Assembly (NCBI GenBank): GCA_964291295.2
Contig: OZ219754.1
Coordinates: 1,312,001-1,376,000 of the forward strand
Length of the DNA stretch: 64,000 bases
Reading direction: 5' to 3'
Origin: an uncultured Candidatus Binatia bacterium
GTDB taxonomy: Bacteria > Desulfobacterota > Binatia > UBA9968 > JAJDTQ01
Every line of letters begins with the position of its first letter. Position 1 is the stretch's first letter. This document shows positions 19,801 through 27,966 of this stretch, piece by piece. Below the pieces are notes generated by a model. It saw only the letters and a program-made list of their open reading frames with translations. It was not told the DNA's origin and made no database searches. A program made the position numbers and the translations under genes.

Positions 19801-21210
19801 GAGCGGACGCTGCCGGTGGAGATGCGTCCGCCGGCGCGCATGGAGTTGCCGCACGTGACCCTGCTCTTCGTGCTGGACAAGTCGGGCAGCATGGGCGGCG
19901 CCCCTTTCGGAACCACCAAGCTGGATCTGGCCAAGGCGGCCGCCCTGTCGTCGGCGGAACTGCTCAACCCCACCGACGAGGTGGGCATTCTGGCGTTCGA
20001 CTCCAACTGGCAGTGGGTGGTGCCGTTCCGCGCGGCGGGCGGCGGCGAGCGCATCGCCGAGGACGTCGCCGGCCTGAGCTCCGATGGCGGCACCGATCTC
20101 CACAAGGCGATGGTGGAGGGCCGCCGGGCGCTGGCCGCGAAGGCGTCCGCCATCAAGCACGTGCTGGTGTTGTCCGACGGGCTCACCGAAAAGGAGGATC
20201 TGCCGGAACAGGTCGCGCGCATGGCCGGGGAGCGCATCACCGTCTCCACGGTCTCCATCGGCGGCGACGCCAACCGGCACCTCATGAGCCAACTCGCCCG
20301 GAGCGGCAGCGGCCGGAGCTATGCCGCCGTGGACCCGCGGTCCATCCCGCAGATCTTCACCACCGAGACGCTGCTGATCTCCCGGGACCTGCTGGTGGAA
20401 AAGACCCTGACCCCCACCGTCGCCGGGCCGGCGGGCCCCATGCGCGGTCTTTCGGAAGAGCCGCTGCCGCGGATCCTGGGCTACGTCCTGACGCACGTCA
20501 AGCCTGGAGCGGAGGTCCACCTGCGGGCCGGCGAGGACCCGTTGCTGGTGTCCTGGCGCCACGGCCTGGGCCGAGTGTACGCGTTCACCTCCGACGTCTC
20601 CGGCCGTTGGGGGCGGCATTGGGTGCGGTGGCCGGATTTTTCCCGGTGGGCCGCACAGATGGCCCGCCTGGCGGTCCGGAGCGTCTCGGACCACCAGCTG
20701 CGGACGGACCTGGCAAGGGACGGCGACGTCATGAACGCGGTGGTGGACCTCTTCTCGGCCTCGGGGCGGCCGGTGAACCACTTGGAGTTGCAGGGACTGC
20801 TGACCCGCGCCGACGAGACCCTCGAACAGGAGACCTTCCGGCAGGTGGCGCCCGGCCGCTACCGGACGAGCTTCCCCACCCCGAGGCGGGGGGTCAATCT
20901 GCTCACCGTGAAGCAGCCGTCCGGCCCGTCGCCCGTGGTCCTCACGGTTCCCTTCATCGTCGCCTTCTCGAGCGAGTACCGCGAAATGGATGCCAACACC
21001 GGGCTGCTGGAACGGCTGGCCGAGCAGACCGGCGGGAAGGTGTTGCGGGAGGAAACCCTGGCCGGGGACATCGAGCGTCTCTTCACCGCGGACCCGGACG
21101 CCGCGGGCTCCGCCCGGGGAGGCTGGTGGATGCTGGCCGCTGCCGGCCTGGGCGTGTTTCTCCTGGACCTCGCGCTGCGCACCCTGCTCCAGCTGCGCCG
21201 GGCGGGATGA
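16888..21210 (+). CDS. 1440-aa BatA-N / VWA / GATase1-like multidomain membrane protein with three VWA MIDAS motifs
   Basis: BatA-like N-terminus; DLSASM..TDG, DLSHSV..SDANEN, DKSGSM..LSDG; GGGLIVLGGTRSYGAGGY; internal and C-terminal TM helices. Confidence 0.88.
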   Translation: MLWLFPAAFLFLLGAVPLILLLNSLRPRGPRVPVTALFLLEKVLRERPVGRRLGWLWRRNPPLVLQLLAAAAVVAALAWPALPGAGGSARDLVVVMDLSASMKASGESGSRWSAARGELLKRIDGLGAGDRMMIIGAAAAPEVVQPFTRDRARLRQAAEALAPADVAAPVKEAVLLAHTFLGRRGPHRVVVVTDGAFEDIEELPLAASSLELVQVRGGTDNVGILGFQFRRVAGEADEYEAMVVVQNFTERSVHAPLIVTVADRVVSRALLSLEPFSREVRIYGIPGPLRGRATALLAIDDDLETDNRAFLAFPEQRPTRVLYVGPGNPFLERLLRYFPHVTLARIDRIPVDRVTEQVAAYDVVMLDRVPAPPLARGNFVLIRTVAAGLPLRMTGRIRRPAPVSGTAGHPLAAGVRLDGLYVRDALKLAADGGVSLAGSEQGPLIHAVDSGPLKALVFAFDLADSDLPFRVSFPLLVRNAFAWFRPAAREFPASQVAAGVPFVADVGVGEERLVFVAPSGESRTIPVRDRTGTYGETTRVGFYRFRGERGEGEFAVNLFSEEESRIRPSYQADLRSTASPAAESGPGTRLDLWPALLVLALALLSVECVVVCRTRRSLLPLWLRVPAGAVLVVALLDPRILAEDRELDVVMAVDLSHSVGEEARDQAAEVLERARALVGSKVRLGLFSFARRPQWEFLPTRELPVSDLPPPPERDATDLGAALQGALGELREGRESRILLVSDANENRGSVERVLPMLRSRGVAVWSYPASLAEGGNEVYLSEFALPSVVDSGETFEIKASVTSARAAETGVNLLRDGRVIRSIRRELTPGANWLSFTDSVERRGAHTYELMVEAADDVLAENNLLQGMVSVRGPSRILYLHDAGALRRFMAEALAVQGYEVVEKTPARANLTLPELSGFDLLILDNVPAYQLSQSKMERIERYVRDLGGGLIVLGGTRSYGAGGYYRTPLERTLPVEMRPPARMELPHVTLLFVLDKSGSMGGAPFGTTKLDLAKAAALSSAELLNPTDEVGILAFDSNWQWVVPFRAAGGGERIAEDVAGLSSDGGTDLHKAMVEGRRALAAKASAIKHVLVLSDGLTEKEDLPEQVARMAGERITVSTVSIGGDANRHLMSQLARSGSGRSYAAVDPRSIPQIFTTETLLISRDLLVEKTLTPTVAGPAGPMRGLSEEPLPRILGYVLTHVKPGAEVHLRAGEDPLLVSWRHGLGRVYAFTSDVSGRWGRHWVRWPDFSRWAAQMARLAVRSVSDHQLRTDLARDGDVMNAVVDLFSASGRPVNHLELQGLLTRADETLEQETFRQVAPGRYRTSFPTPRRGVNLLTVKQPSGPSPVVLTVPFIVAFSSEYREMDANTGLLERLAEQTGGKVLREETLAGDIERLFTADPDAAGSARGGWWMLAAAGLGVFLLDLALRTLLQLRRAG

Positions 21211-21351
21211 AGCCCCGCCCGGCGCAGCTCTCGTGTCCGGCGGGGGCACGGTCCGGCGGTCCCTTCGGAAGCCGGCGCCGGCCCCGGGGCGGCGCCGCCA
21301 GCACGCGGTGTGCGCCAGCCGCCGGGCGCGACTGGTTCCCGCGGCGTTACG

Positions 21352-21379
21352 TTGACCTCCCCGCCGCCCGTGCCATAAT
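21352..21379 (+). promoter_or_regulatory. sigma70 promoter of era, predicted leaderless
   Basis: TTGACC-16-CATAAT with TGn extension; ATG starts 7 nt after the -10 box. Confidence 0.6.
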
Positions 21380-21385
21380 GGACCG

Positions 21386-22315
21386 ATGGCCGAGACCGAC
21401 TCCATGCCCGGGGAGACCGCGGCAGCATCCCCGCCGGCCGGTTTCCGGTCGGGTTTCGCCGCGCTCCTGGGTCGGCCCAATGTGGGCAAGTCCACGCTGT
21501 TGAACCAGCTCCTGGGGGAGAAGGCCGCCATCGTCTCGCCCCGGCCGCAGACCACCCGGAACCGGATCATGGGCATCAAGACGTTGCCCGGGGGGCAGCT
21601 CCTGTTGCTGGATACACCCGGGATCCACCGGGCCAGGTCGCTGCTCAACCGGCGCATGGTGGAGGTGGCCCGGCGCTCTCTCGGCGACGTCGAGGCGGTG
21701 GTCTGGGTGGTGGACGCCCGCGGCGGCATCCGGGGGGACGACGAGGACATCGCGGGGATTCTGGGCGGCAGCCGGCGCGAGACCCTGATCGCGCTCAACA
21801 AGATCGATGCGGTGTCGAAGGGGCGGCTGCTGCCCGTGATGGCGCGGCTGGCGGAGTTGTTGCCCGGGCGGGAGATCGTTCCTGTCAGCGCCCGCACCGG
21901 AGAGAACGTTCCACTTCTGGTGGAAGGGGTTCTGAAGCGGCTGCCGGCGGGCCCCCGCTACTTCCCCGAGGACGAATGGACCGACCAGACGGAGCGGTTC
22001 ATCGCCGCGGAGCTGGTCCGGGAGAAGGTGTTTCTGCGTACCCGCCAGGAGATACCCTACGGCATCGCGGTCACGGTGGAGAATTTCGAGGAGAAGAACG
22101 ACCTTGTGGTCATCGCCGCCACCATACACACCGAGCGGGAGAGCCACAAGCCGATCCTCATCGGCCGGCGGGGGGCGATGCTGAAAGAGATCGGCCGCGC
22201 CGCGCGGGAGGATCTGGAGCGCCTGCTCGGCTGCCGCGTCTATCTGGATCTCGCCATCAGGGCCACACCCGGCTGGAGCCGGGATCCCCGGAGCCTCGCG
22301 GCCTTCGGCCTGTGA
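21386..22315 (+). CDS. era: GTPase Era
   Basis: GRPNVGKSTL, PQTTRNRI, DTPG, NKID, KH domain ILIGRRGAMLKEIG. Confidence 0.96.
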   Translation: MAETDSMPGETAAASPPAGFRSGFAALLGRPNVGKSTLLNQLLGEKAAIVSPRPQTTRNRIMGIKTLPGGQLLLLDTPGIHRARSLLNRRMVEVARRSLGDVEAVVWVVDARGGIRGDDEDIAGILGGSRRETLIALNKIDAVSKGRLLPVMARLAELLPGREIVPVSARTGENVPLLVEGVLKRLPAGPRYFPEDEWTDQTERFIAAELVREKVFLRTRQEIPYGIAVTVENFEEKNDLVVIAATIHTERESHKPILIGRRGAMLKEIGRAAREDLERLLGCRVYLDLAIRATPGWSRDPRSLAAFGL

Positions 22316-22708
22316 CCGGACCCTGGTGGAGACTCGTGGGGAACGGACGTCCCGGCTACGGCGGTGTCGCTGCCGTATCCGGATGCGCTCCCGGCCGCCC
22401 GGGACGCCCCGGGAGTCAACATGAGCTTTCGCCGGCAGGGCCGTTCAGGCCGGGACACCGCCCCCCGTCGCCGGCGTGCGGGCCGGCGCCAGGGCCGGTT
22501 TCTCGCGTTTGGGCCTCAAAAAGGCTAACCTCCCCCCTGTGCGGCCTCGTCCCACGGTGGCACGGGCGCCGCGGCCGCACGATGTTTTCCAACAGATGGC
22601 CCTGAAGATGGCCCTGATTTCATCTCCACGGCTGCAAGAGGACTTCGCGCCGTACACCGCCAGCCGCGGGGAACCCGAGCTTTGCGCCGGCCCCCGCCGT
22701 CTTCGATC

Positions 22709-24064
22709 ATGAGCACTTCCGAAAGACTGCCGCTGGTGGCCATCGTGGGCCGGCCCAATGTAGGCAAGTCAACGCTGTTCAACCGCCTGAGCCGGGGCCG
22801 CCGCGCCATCGTGGACAACCAGCCGGGGGTGACCCGCGACAGGAACTACAATCCGGTGTCGTGGCGCCGCCGCCGCCTCATGCTGGTGGATACCGGCGGA
22901 CTCGAGCCGGACGAGCGCGCCGGGCTCAAGGGGCGGATTCTGCAACAGACCCTGACGGCGGTGGACGAGGCCGACGTCATCGTGTTCCTGCTGGACGGCC
23001 GCACCGGGCCCACGCCGCTGGATACGGCGGCGGCGGAGCTGTTGCGACAAACCGCCAAGCCGGTCTTCCACGCGGTCAACAAGCTCGACACCGGGCCCCG
23101 GGAAAGCGACCTCTACGAGTTCTACCGGCTTGGCGTGGAACGGTTGTTCCCGCTCTCGGCCGAGCACGGTCTGGGTGTCGCGGACCTCATGCAGGAAGTG
23201 CTGGACGCCCTGCCCGGGGAGCGGGGAGAAACCCCCGAATCCGGCCATTCGCTGGCCCTGGCGGTGGTAGGCCGGCCCAACGTGGGCAAGTCGACGCTGG
23301 TCAACCGGTTGCTGGGCCACGAACGTTCGCTGGTGGATTCGCGGCCAGGCACTACCCGCGATGCGCTTCAGGCGGACTTTGCCTGGCGCGGGATTCCCTG
23401 CCGGCTCACCGATACGGCGGGCATCCGGCGCAAGTCCCGGGTGGTGGACCCGGTGGAACGGTACAGCGTGAGCCGCGCGTTGCGTTCGGTGGACGCCGGC
23501 GATGTGGTCATCCATCTGCTGGACGGTTCGGAGGGGGTCACGGACCAGGACGCGCAGGTCATGGCCTATGGTTTCCAGCGGGGCAAGGCGATGGTGCTGG
23601 GCATCAACAAGTGGGATCTGCTGGACACGGACCGCCCGAGCCTGCGGGTGTACCAGGATTTTCTGCACCGGCGGCTACCGTTTGCCGACCACGTGCCGAT
23701 AGTTTCCCTGTCGGCATTGCAAGGGTCGGGCATGACGAAGCTGATGGACACGGTGGTTCGGGTGGGCGGGGCCCAGCGCCAGTGGGCCGGGACGCCGGCG
23801 CTCAACCGGACATTGCGCCGGCTGACCGCGCGGCACTCCCCGCCGCAGTTCCACGGGCGCGCCGTGAAGTTCTACTACGGCACCCAGACGGACGTGCAGC
23901 CGCCGACCTTCACCCTGTTCGTCAACTACCCGGAAGGCGTGGACGCGGGCTACCGGCGCTACCTCGTCAAGGCACTGCGCGCGGAACTGGGGCTCGAGCA
24001 CACGCCGGTGCGCCTGACCCTGCGGCCGCGGGCCGGCAGGGGAAAGCGGCAGGATGCCGGCTGA
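22709..24064 (+). CDS. der: Ribosome biogenesis GTPase Der (EngA)
   Basis: Two GRPNVGKS domains with DTGG/NKLD and DTAG/NKWD; KH-like PPTF tail. Confidence 0.96.
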   Translation: MSTSERLPLVAIVGRPNVGKSTLFNRLSRGRRAIVDNQPGVTRDRNYNPVSWRRRRLMLVDTGGLEPDERAGLKGRILQQTLTAVDEADVIVFLLDGRTGPTPLDTAAAELLRQTAKPVFHAVNKLDTGPRESDLYEFYRLGVERLFPLSAEHGLGVADLMQEVLDALPGERGETPESGHSLALAVVGRPNVGKSTLVNRLLGHERSLVDSRPGTTRDALQADFAWRGIPCRLTDTAGIRRKSRVVDPVERYSVSRALRSVDAGDVVIHLLDGSEGVTDQDAQVMAYGFQRGKAMVLGINKWDLLDTDRPSLRVYQDFLHRRLPFADHVPIVSLSALQGSGMTKLMDTVVRVGGAQRQWAGTPALNRTLRRLTARHSPPQFHGRAVKFYYGTQTDVQPPTFTLFVNYPEGVDAGYRRYLVKALRAELGLEHTPVRLTLRPRAGRGKRQDAG

Positions 24065-25202
24065 GACCCGGCGCGATCTTGCCTGGCTCGCTTTCGGTCG
24101 GGTGCCGGGGCTCGGGTGTGTCGGATTCCGGTGTGTGGCGGACTTCTTTGCCGACCCCGCCGACGCCTTCTTCAGCACCCGCGGGACCTTGCTTCGGGTT
24201 CCCGGGCTGGGCCGGGCGGCGGTGGACGGGTTGCTCGCCTTTTCCGGCTGGGACCGCGCCGCCGAGGAGATGCGCCGGGTCCGGGGCGCCGGCGTCCGGC
24301 TGGTGCGCTTTTGCGACCCGGCCTATCCCGAACGCCTGCGCACATTGCCCGACCCGCCGCCGGTGCTCTACGCCAGAGGCTCGCCGGAGGCTGCCGCCCG
24401 CCCGGCCGTGGGCATGGTCGGCACTCGGGCTCCGAGCGAGTACGGCCGCAGGATGACCCGCGCGCTGTGCCGGGGGCTGGCCGCCGTCGGCATCGTCGTG
24501 GTCAGCGGCATGGCCCGTGGTACGGACGGCGAAGCCCATGAAGCCGCGTTGGACGGCGGCGGGGAGACGGTGGCGGTGCTCGGTTCCGGTGTGGACGTGC
24601 CTTATCCGCGGGAACATCGGGAGCTCTGCCGCCGCATCGAGGCTGGCGGCGTAGTGCTCTCCGAGCATGCCATGGGGGCGGCCCCGCTGCCGCACCACTT
24701 TCCCGCGCGCAACCGCATCATCAGCGGCCTCTCGCTGGGCGTGGTGGTGGTGGAAGCCACCGGGCGGAGCGGCTCCCTGATCACCGCCCGGTGGGCGCTG
24801 GAGCAGGGCCGCGAGGTGTTCGCGGTTCCCGGACCGGCGGGGGCCAGCCGCAGCCGCGGACCCCACCGGCTGATCCGCCAGGGCGCCAAGCTGGTGGAGG
24901 ACGTGGGAGACATCATTGAGGAGATCGCGCCGCAACTGGCGCTCTCGCCCGCTCCTTCGGCCGAGGCGACGACAGGCTCCGGCGGCGCATCCGTGGAAAC
25001 GCCTCCTCTCGGGGGAACCGCGGGAACGGTCCTGCGGGAGCTGGGGGCCGGGCCGCTGCCGGTGGACGATATCATCGAGCGGACCGGCCTGTCGCCGCCC
25101 CAGGTCTGCCAGGTGCTGCTGGAGATGGAGTTGCAGGGATTGTTGAAGCAGTTGCCCGGAAACAGATATGCGTTAGACTCTGCTGTAGCCGTCCGCCGCT
25201 GA
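24054..25202 (+). CDS. dprA: DNA-processing protein DprA
   Basis: VGTRAPSEYG, VSGMARG.D..AH, FPARNRIISGLS, SGSLITA, LIRQGA. Confidence 0.95.
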   Translation: MPAETRRDLAWLAFGRVPGLGCVGFRCVADFFADPADAFFSTRGTLLRVPGLGRAAVDGLLAFSGWDRAAEEMRRVRGAGVRLVRFCDPAYPERLRTLPDPPPVLYARGSPEAAARPAVGMVGTRAPSEYGRRMTRALCRGLAAVGIVVVSGMARGTDGEAHEAALDGGGETVAVLGSGVDVPYPREHRELCRRIEAGGVVLSEHAMGAAPLPHHFPARNRIISGLSLGVVVVEATGRSGSLITARWALEQGREVFAVPGPAGASRSRGPHRLIRQGAKLVEDVGDIIEEIAPQLALSPAPSAEATTGSGGASVETPPLGGTAGTVLRELGAGPLPVDDIIERTGLSPPQVCQVLLEMELQGLLKQLPGNRYALDSAVAVRR

Positions 25203-25238
25203 GCGCGGTCTCCCCGGGGGCGGCGAAGAAGTGCCGGG

Positions 25239-26603
25239 ATGAACAAAGCCAACGAGTGCGTGATCAGCGCGGCTGTGACCCGCGAGCGTGTGAATGTCGT
25301 GGGCGGGGGGTTGGCCGGGTGCGAGGCCGCGTGGCAGCTCGCCCGGCGGGGCGTGCCGGTGGACCTGTACGAGATGCGGCCGGCCACCCGGACCGCCGCT
25401 CATGCCACGGATCAACTGGCGGAGCTGGTGTGCAGCAATTCGTTCCGTTCCCGGTCGCGGACCACCGGAGCGGGGCTGCTGAAAGAAGAGATGCGGCGCA
25501 TGGGCTCGTTGGTCATCGCCTTGGGGGAGGCCCACCAGGTGCCCGCGGGCACGGCCTTGGCGGTGGACCGCGAGCGCTTTGCCCGGGCCGTCACCGAACA
25601 GGTGGCGGGTTTGCCGGGGCTGCGGCTGATACGCCGGGAGCTTGAGACCATTCCGTCCGGCCTGACCATCCTGGCCACGGGACCGCTCACGGCACAGCCC
25701 CTTTCGGCCTCCATCGGCGCGCTGCTGGGCGCGGAACATCTCTACTACTACGACGCCATCTCGCCGGTGGTCACCGCGGAGTCGGTGGATGCGGCGGTGG
25801 CCTTCCGGGCCTCACGTTACGACGAGCGGCCCGGCGACTATCTGAATCTGCCGTTGAACCAGCAGGAGTACTATCGGTTGGTGGATGCGGTGGTGGAATC
25901 AGAGAAGGCTCCGGTACGGAGCTTCGAGCGGTTCTTCGAGGGCTGTCTTCCCATCGAGGAGATGGCCCGGCGTGGACGGGAGACCCTGGCCTTCGGCCCC
26001 ATGAGGCCCACCGGCCTGGTGGACCCGGCTTCCGGGCGGCGTGCTTACGCGGTGGTGCAGTTGCGCCAGGAGAACCGCGAGGGCACGCTGTACAATCTCG
26101 TGGGCTTTCAGACCCGGATGACCTATCCGGAGCAGAAGCGGGTCTTTTCGCTGATTCCGGGTCTGGGCAGGGCGGTGTTCGTGCGCTACGGCAGCCTGCA
26201 CCGCAACACCTTCATCAACGCGCCAAAGCACCTGCTGCCCACGCTGCAATGGCGCGGCGCGTCGCAGCTCTTTTTCGCGGGCCAGCTCACCGGCGTCGAA
26301 GGGTACATCGAGTCGGCGGTGTCGGGGCTTCTGGCCGGGGTCAACGCCGCCCGCCTGGCCGCGGGGGCGAGCCCGGTGACGCCGCCCGCCACCACCGCCC
26401 TGGGTTCGCTGCTTCGCTACATTACCGACACCGGACGAGAGGCCTTCCAGCCCATGAATGTCAATTTCGGCCTGTTTCCGGAACTCTCGATCAAGGCCCG
26501 GGGCCGGCACAGGAAGGAACTCATGGGCGAGCGGGCGCTGCGGGATCTGGATCGCTGGTGGCGTGAGGTCGGCGAGGAGGCCGGCACCGTCCGGGAAGCG
26601 TGA
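25239..26603 (+). CDS. trmFO: tRNA (uracil-54) methyltransferase TrmFO (Gid)
   Basis: GGGLAGCEAAWQ, ELVCSNSF, FEGCLPIE, HRNTFIN, AGQLTGVEGY, FQPMNVNFG. Confidence 0.95.
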   Translation: MNKANECVISAAVTRERVNVVGGGLAGCEAAWQLARRGVPVDLYEMRPATRTAAHATDQLAELVCSNSFRSRSRTTGAGLLKEEMRRMGSLVIALGEAHQVPAGTALAVDRERFARAVTEQVAGLPGLRLIRRELETIPSGLTILATGPLTAQPLSASIGALLGAEHLYYYDAISPVVTAESVDAAVAFRASRYDERPGDYLNLPLNQQEYYRLVDAVVESEKAPVRSFERFFEGCLPIEEMARRGRETLAFGPMRPTGLVDPASGRRAYAVVQLRQENREGTLYNLVGFQTRMTYPEQKRVFSLIPGLGRAVFVRYGSLHRNTFINAPKHLLPTLQWRGASQLFFAGQLTGVEGYIESAVSGLLAGVNAARLAAGASPVTPPATTALGSLLRYITDTGREAFQPMNVNFGLFPELSIKARGRHRKELMGERALRDLDRWWREVGEEAGTVREA

Positions 26604-26606
26604 GCG

Positions 26607-27671
26607 ATGGACGATGCCGGCCTCATCACCCTGGACAGCGTCTCCAGGACGCATGCCCCTCGCGCTCCCGCGGCGGTCTCGGGCCTGAGTTTCACGCTGA
26701 GGCGGCACGAGGTTCTCGCGCTGCTGGGCCCGAGCGGTTCCGGCAAGACCACGACGCTGCGGCTGATCGCGGGCTTCGACCGCCCCGACAGCGGCAGGAT
26801 CCTGCTCAACGGCGCTCCGCTGTCCGGCGACGGCATCTGGATCGAGCCCGAGGGACGGCGTATCGGGATGGTCTTTCAGGACTACGCCCTGTTCCCCCAC
26901 CTGACGGTCCGGGACAACGTCATGTTCGGACTTGGCGGCCGGCCGCGACCGGCGCGCGTGGATGCGGCCCGGCGGGTGCTTGGCGCGGTGGGGATGGAAA
27001 CGTTGGCGCAACGCTATCCCCATGAACTCTCCGGCGGCCAGCAGCAACGGGTGGCGCTGGCCCGGGCGCTGGCCCCCAACCCCCTGGTGTTGTTGCTGGA
27101 CGAGCCCTTCAGCAGCCTCGACTTCGACATGAGGGCGGAGATGCGTGAGGAGCTGTTGAGGATCCTGCGCCTGTCGGAGACGGCCGCCATCCTGGTTACC
27201 CACGATCAGGAGGAAGCCCTTGCGGTGGCGGACCGGGTCGGGGTGCTCAACGACGGCGTCCTGGAGCAGCTCTCCGAACCGGAGGTGCTGTATCGCCAGC
27301 CGAAGACGCGCTTTGTCGCGGAGTTCGTCGGCCAGTCGGACTTCGTCTCCGGGGTGGTGCACGAAAGCATCAAGACCGAGGTGGGACTCTTTCCCAACGG
27401 CCCCGGTTTTCCCGACGGCACCAGGGTCGAGGTGTTGGTGCGCCCCGACGAGGTGGCGGTGGAGCCTGCCGGCGGCGGTGCGGCGGTGGTGGCGCGGCGG
27501 CAGTTTCGCGGCTCCGAGAGCCTCTACCACCTGAACCTGCCGTCCGGGGCGCAACTCCGCAGCAGCCAGCCGTCCACCTGCGCGCTGCGCCCGGGCGCGC
27601 GCGTGAACGTGACCGTCCGGCCCGCCCATCTGGTGGTCTTTCCCGCGCCCCCCCGCGCCGCCGTCCGATGA
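26607..27671 (+). CDS. FbpC/PotA-like ABC ATP-binding protein with TOBE domain
   Basis: GPSGSGKT, FQDYALFPHL, SGGQQQR, LLDEPFS, VRP. Confidence 0.9.
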   Translation: MDDAGLITLDSVSRTHAPRAPAAVSGLSFTLRRHEVLALLGPSGSGKTTTLRLIAGFDRPDSGRILLNGAPLSGDGIWIEPEGRRIGMVFQDYALFPHLTVRDNVMFGLGGRPRPARVDAARRVLGAVGMETLAQRYPHELSGGQQQRVALARALAPNPLVLLLDEPFSSLDFDMRAEMREELLRILRLSETAAILVTHDQEEALAVADRVGVLNDGVLEQLSEPEVLYRQPKTRFVAEFVGQSDFVSGVVHESIKTEVGLFPNGPGFPDGTRVEVLVRPDEVAVEPAGGGAAVVARRQFRGSESLYHLNLPSGAQLRSSQPSTCALRPGARVNVTVRPAHLVVFPAPPRAAVR

Positions 27672-27694
27672 GTCGGCCCGGCGGGTCCGGAGTT

Positions 27695-27726
27695 TGACAT
27701 TCCAAAGGGATTCTGAAGAAATATGA
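27695..27726 (+). promoter_or_regulatory. Possible sigma70 promoter upstream of ilvE
   Basis: Perfect TTGACA followed by an AT-rich patch; -10 box weak. Confidence 0.35.
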
Positions 27727-27750
27727 GCCTGTAGCGGCCACCATGGCGTT

Positions 27751-27910
27751 GGCGTGGTGGCCTTTCGTCGTTCCTGGCGTGGTGCTTGCCCATTGTTCCC
27801 GGCGTCGTTCCGGGGTTTTGCCTGGCCACGGTGCCTGGTTGCTTTGTCTGGTTGCTGCACGGCGTCGTTGGTCGGCGTACCTGGTCGTTGTCTTGGTCGT
27901 TGTACCTGGG
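27751..27910 (+). repeat. A-depleted degenerate tandem repeat (GGCGTCGTT/GGTCGTTG units)
   Basis: About 5 A in 160 nt; TGGTCGTTGT repeated with a 12-nt period near 27882-27903. Confidence 0.7.
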
Positions 27911-27966
27911 AGTGTCGCCGTTCATGGGGCGTGTGACGGACACGCGGCCCGATCCGGAGAGTGTCG

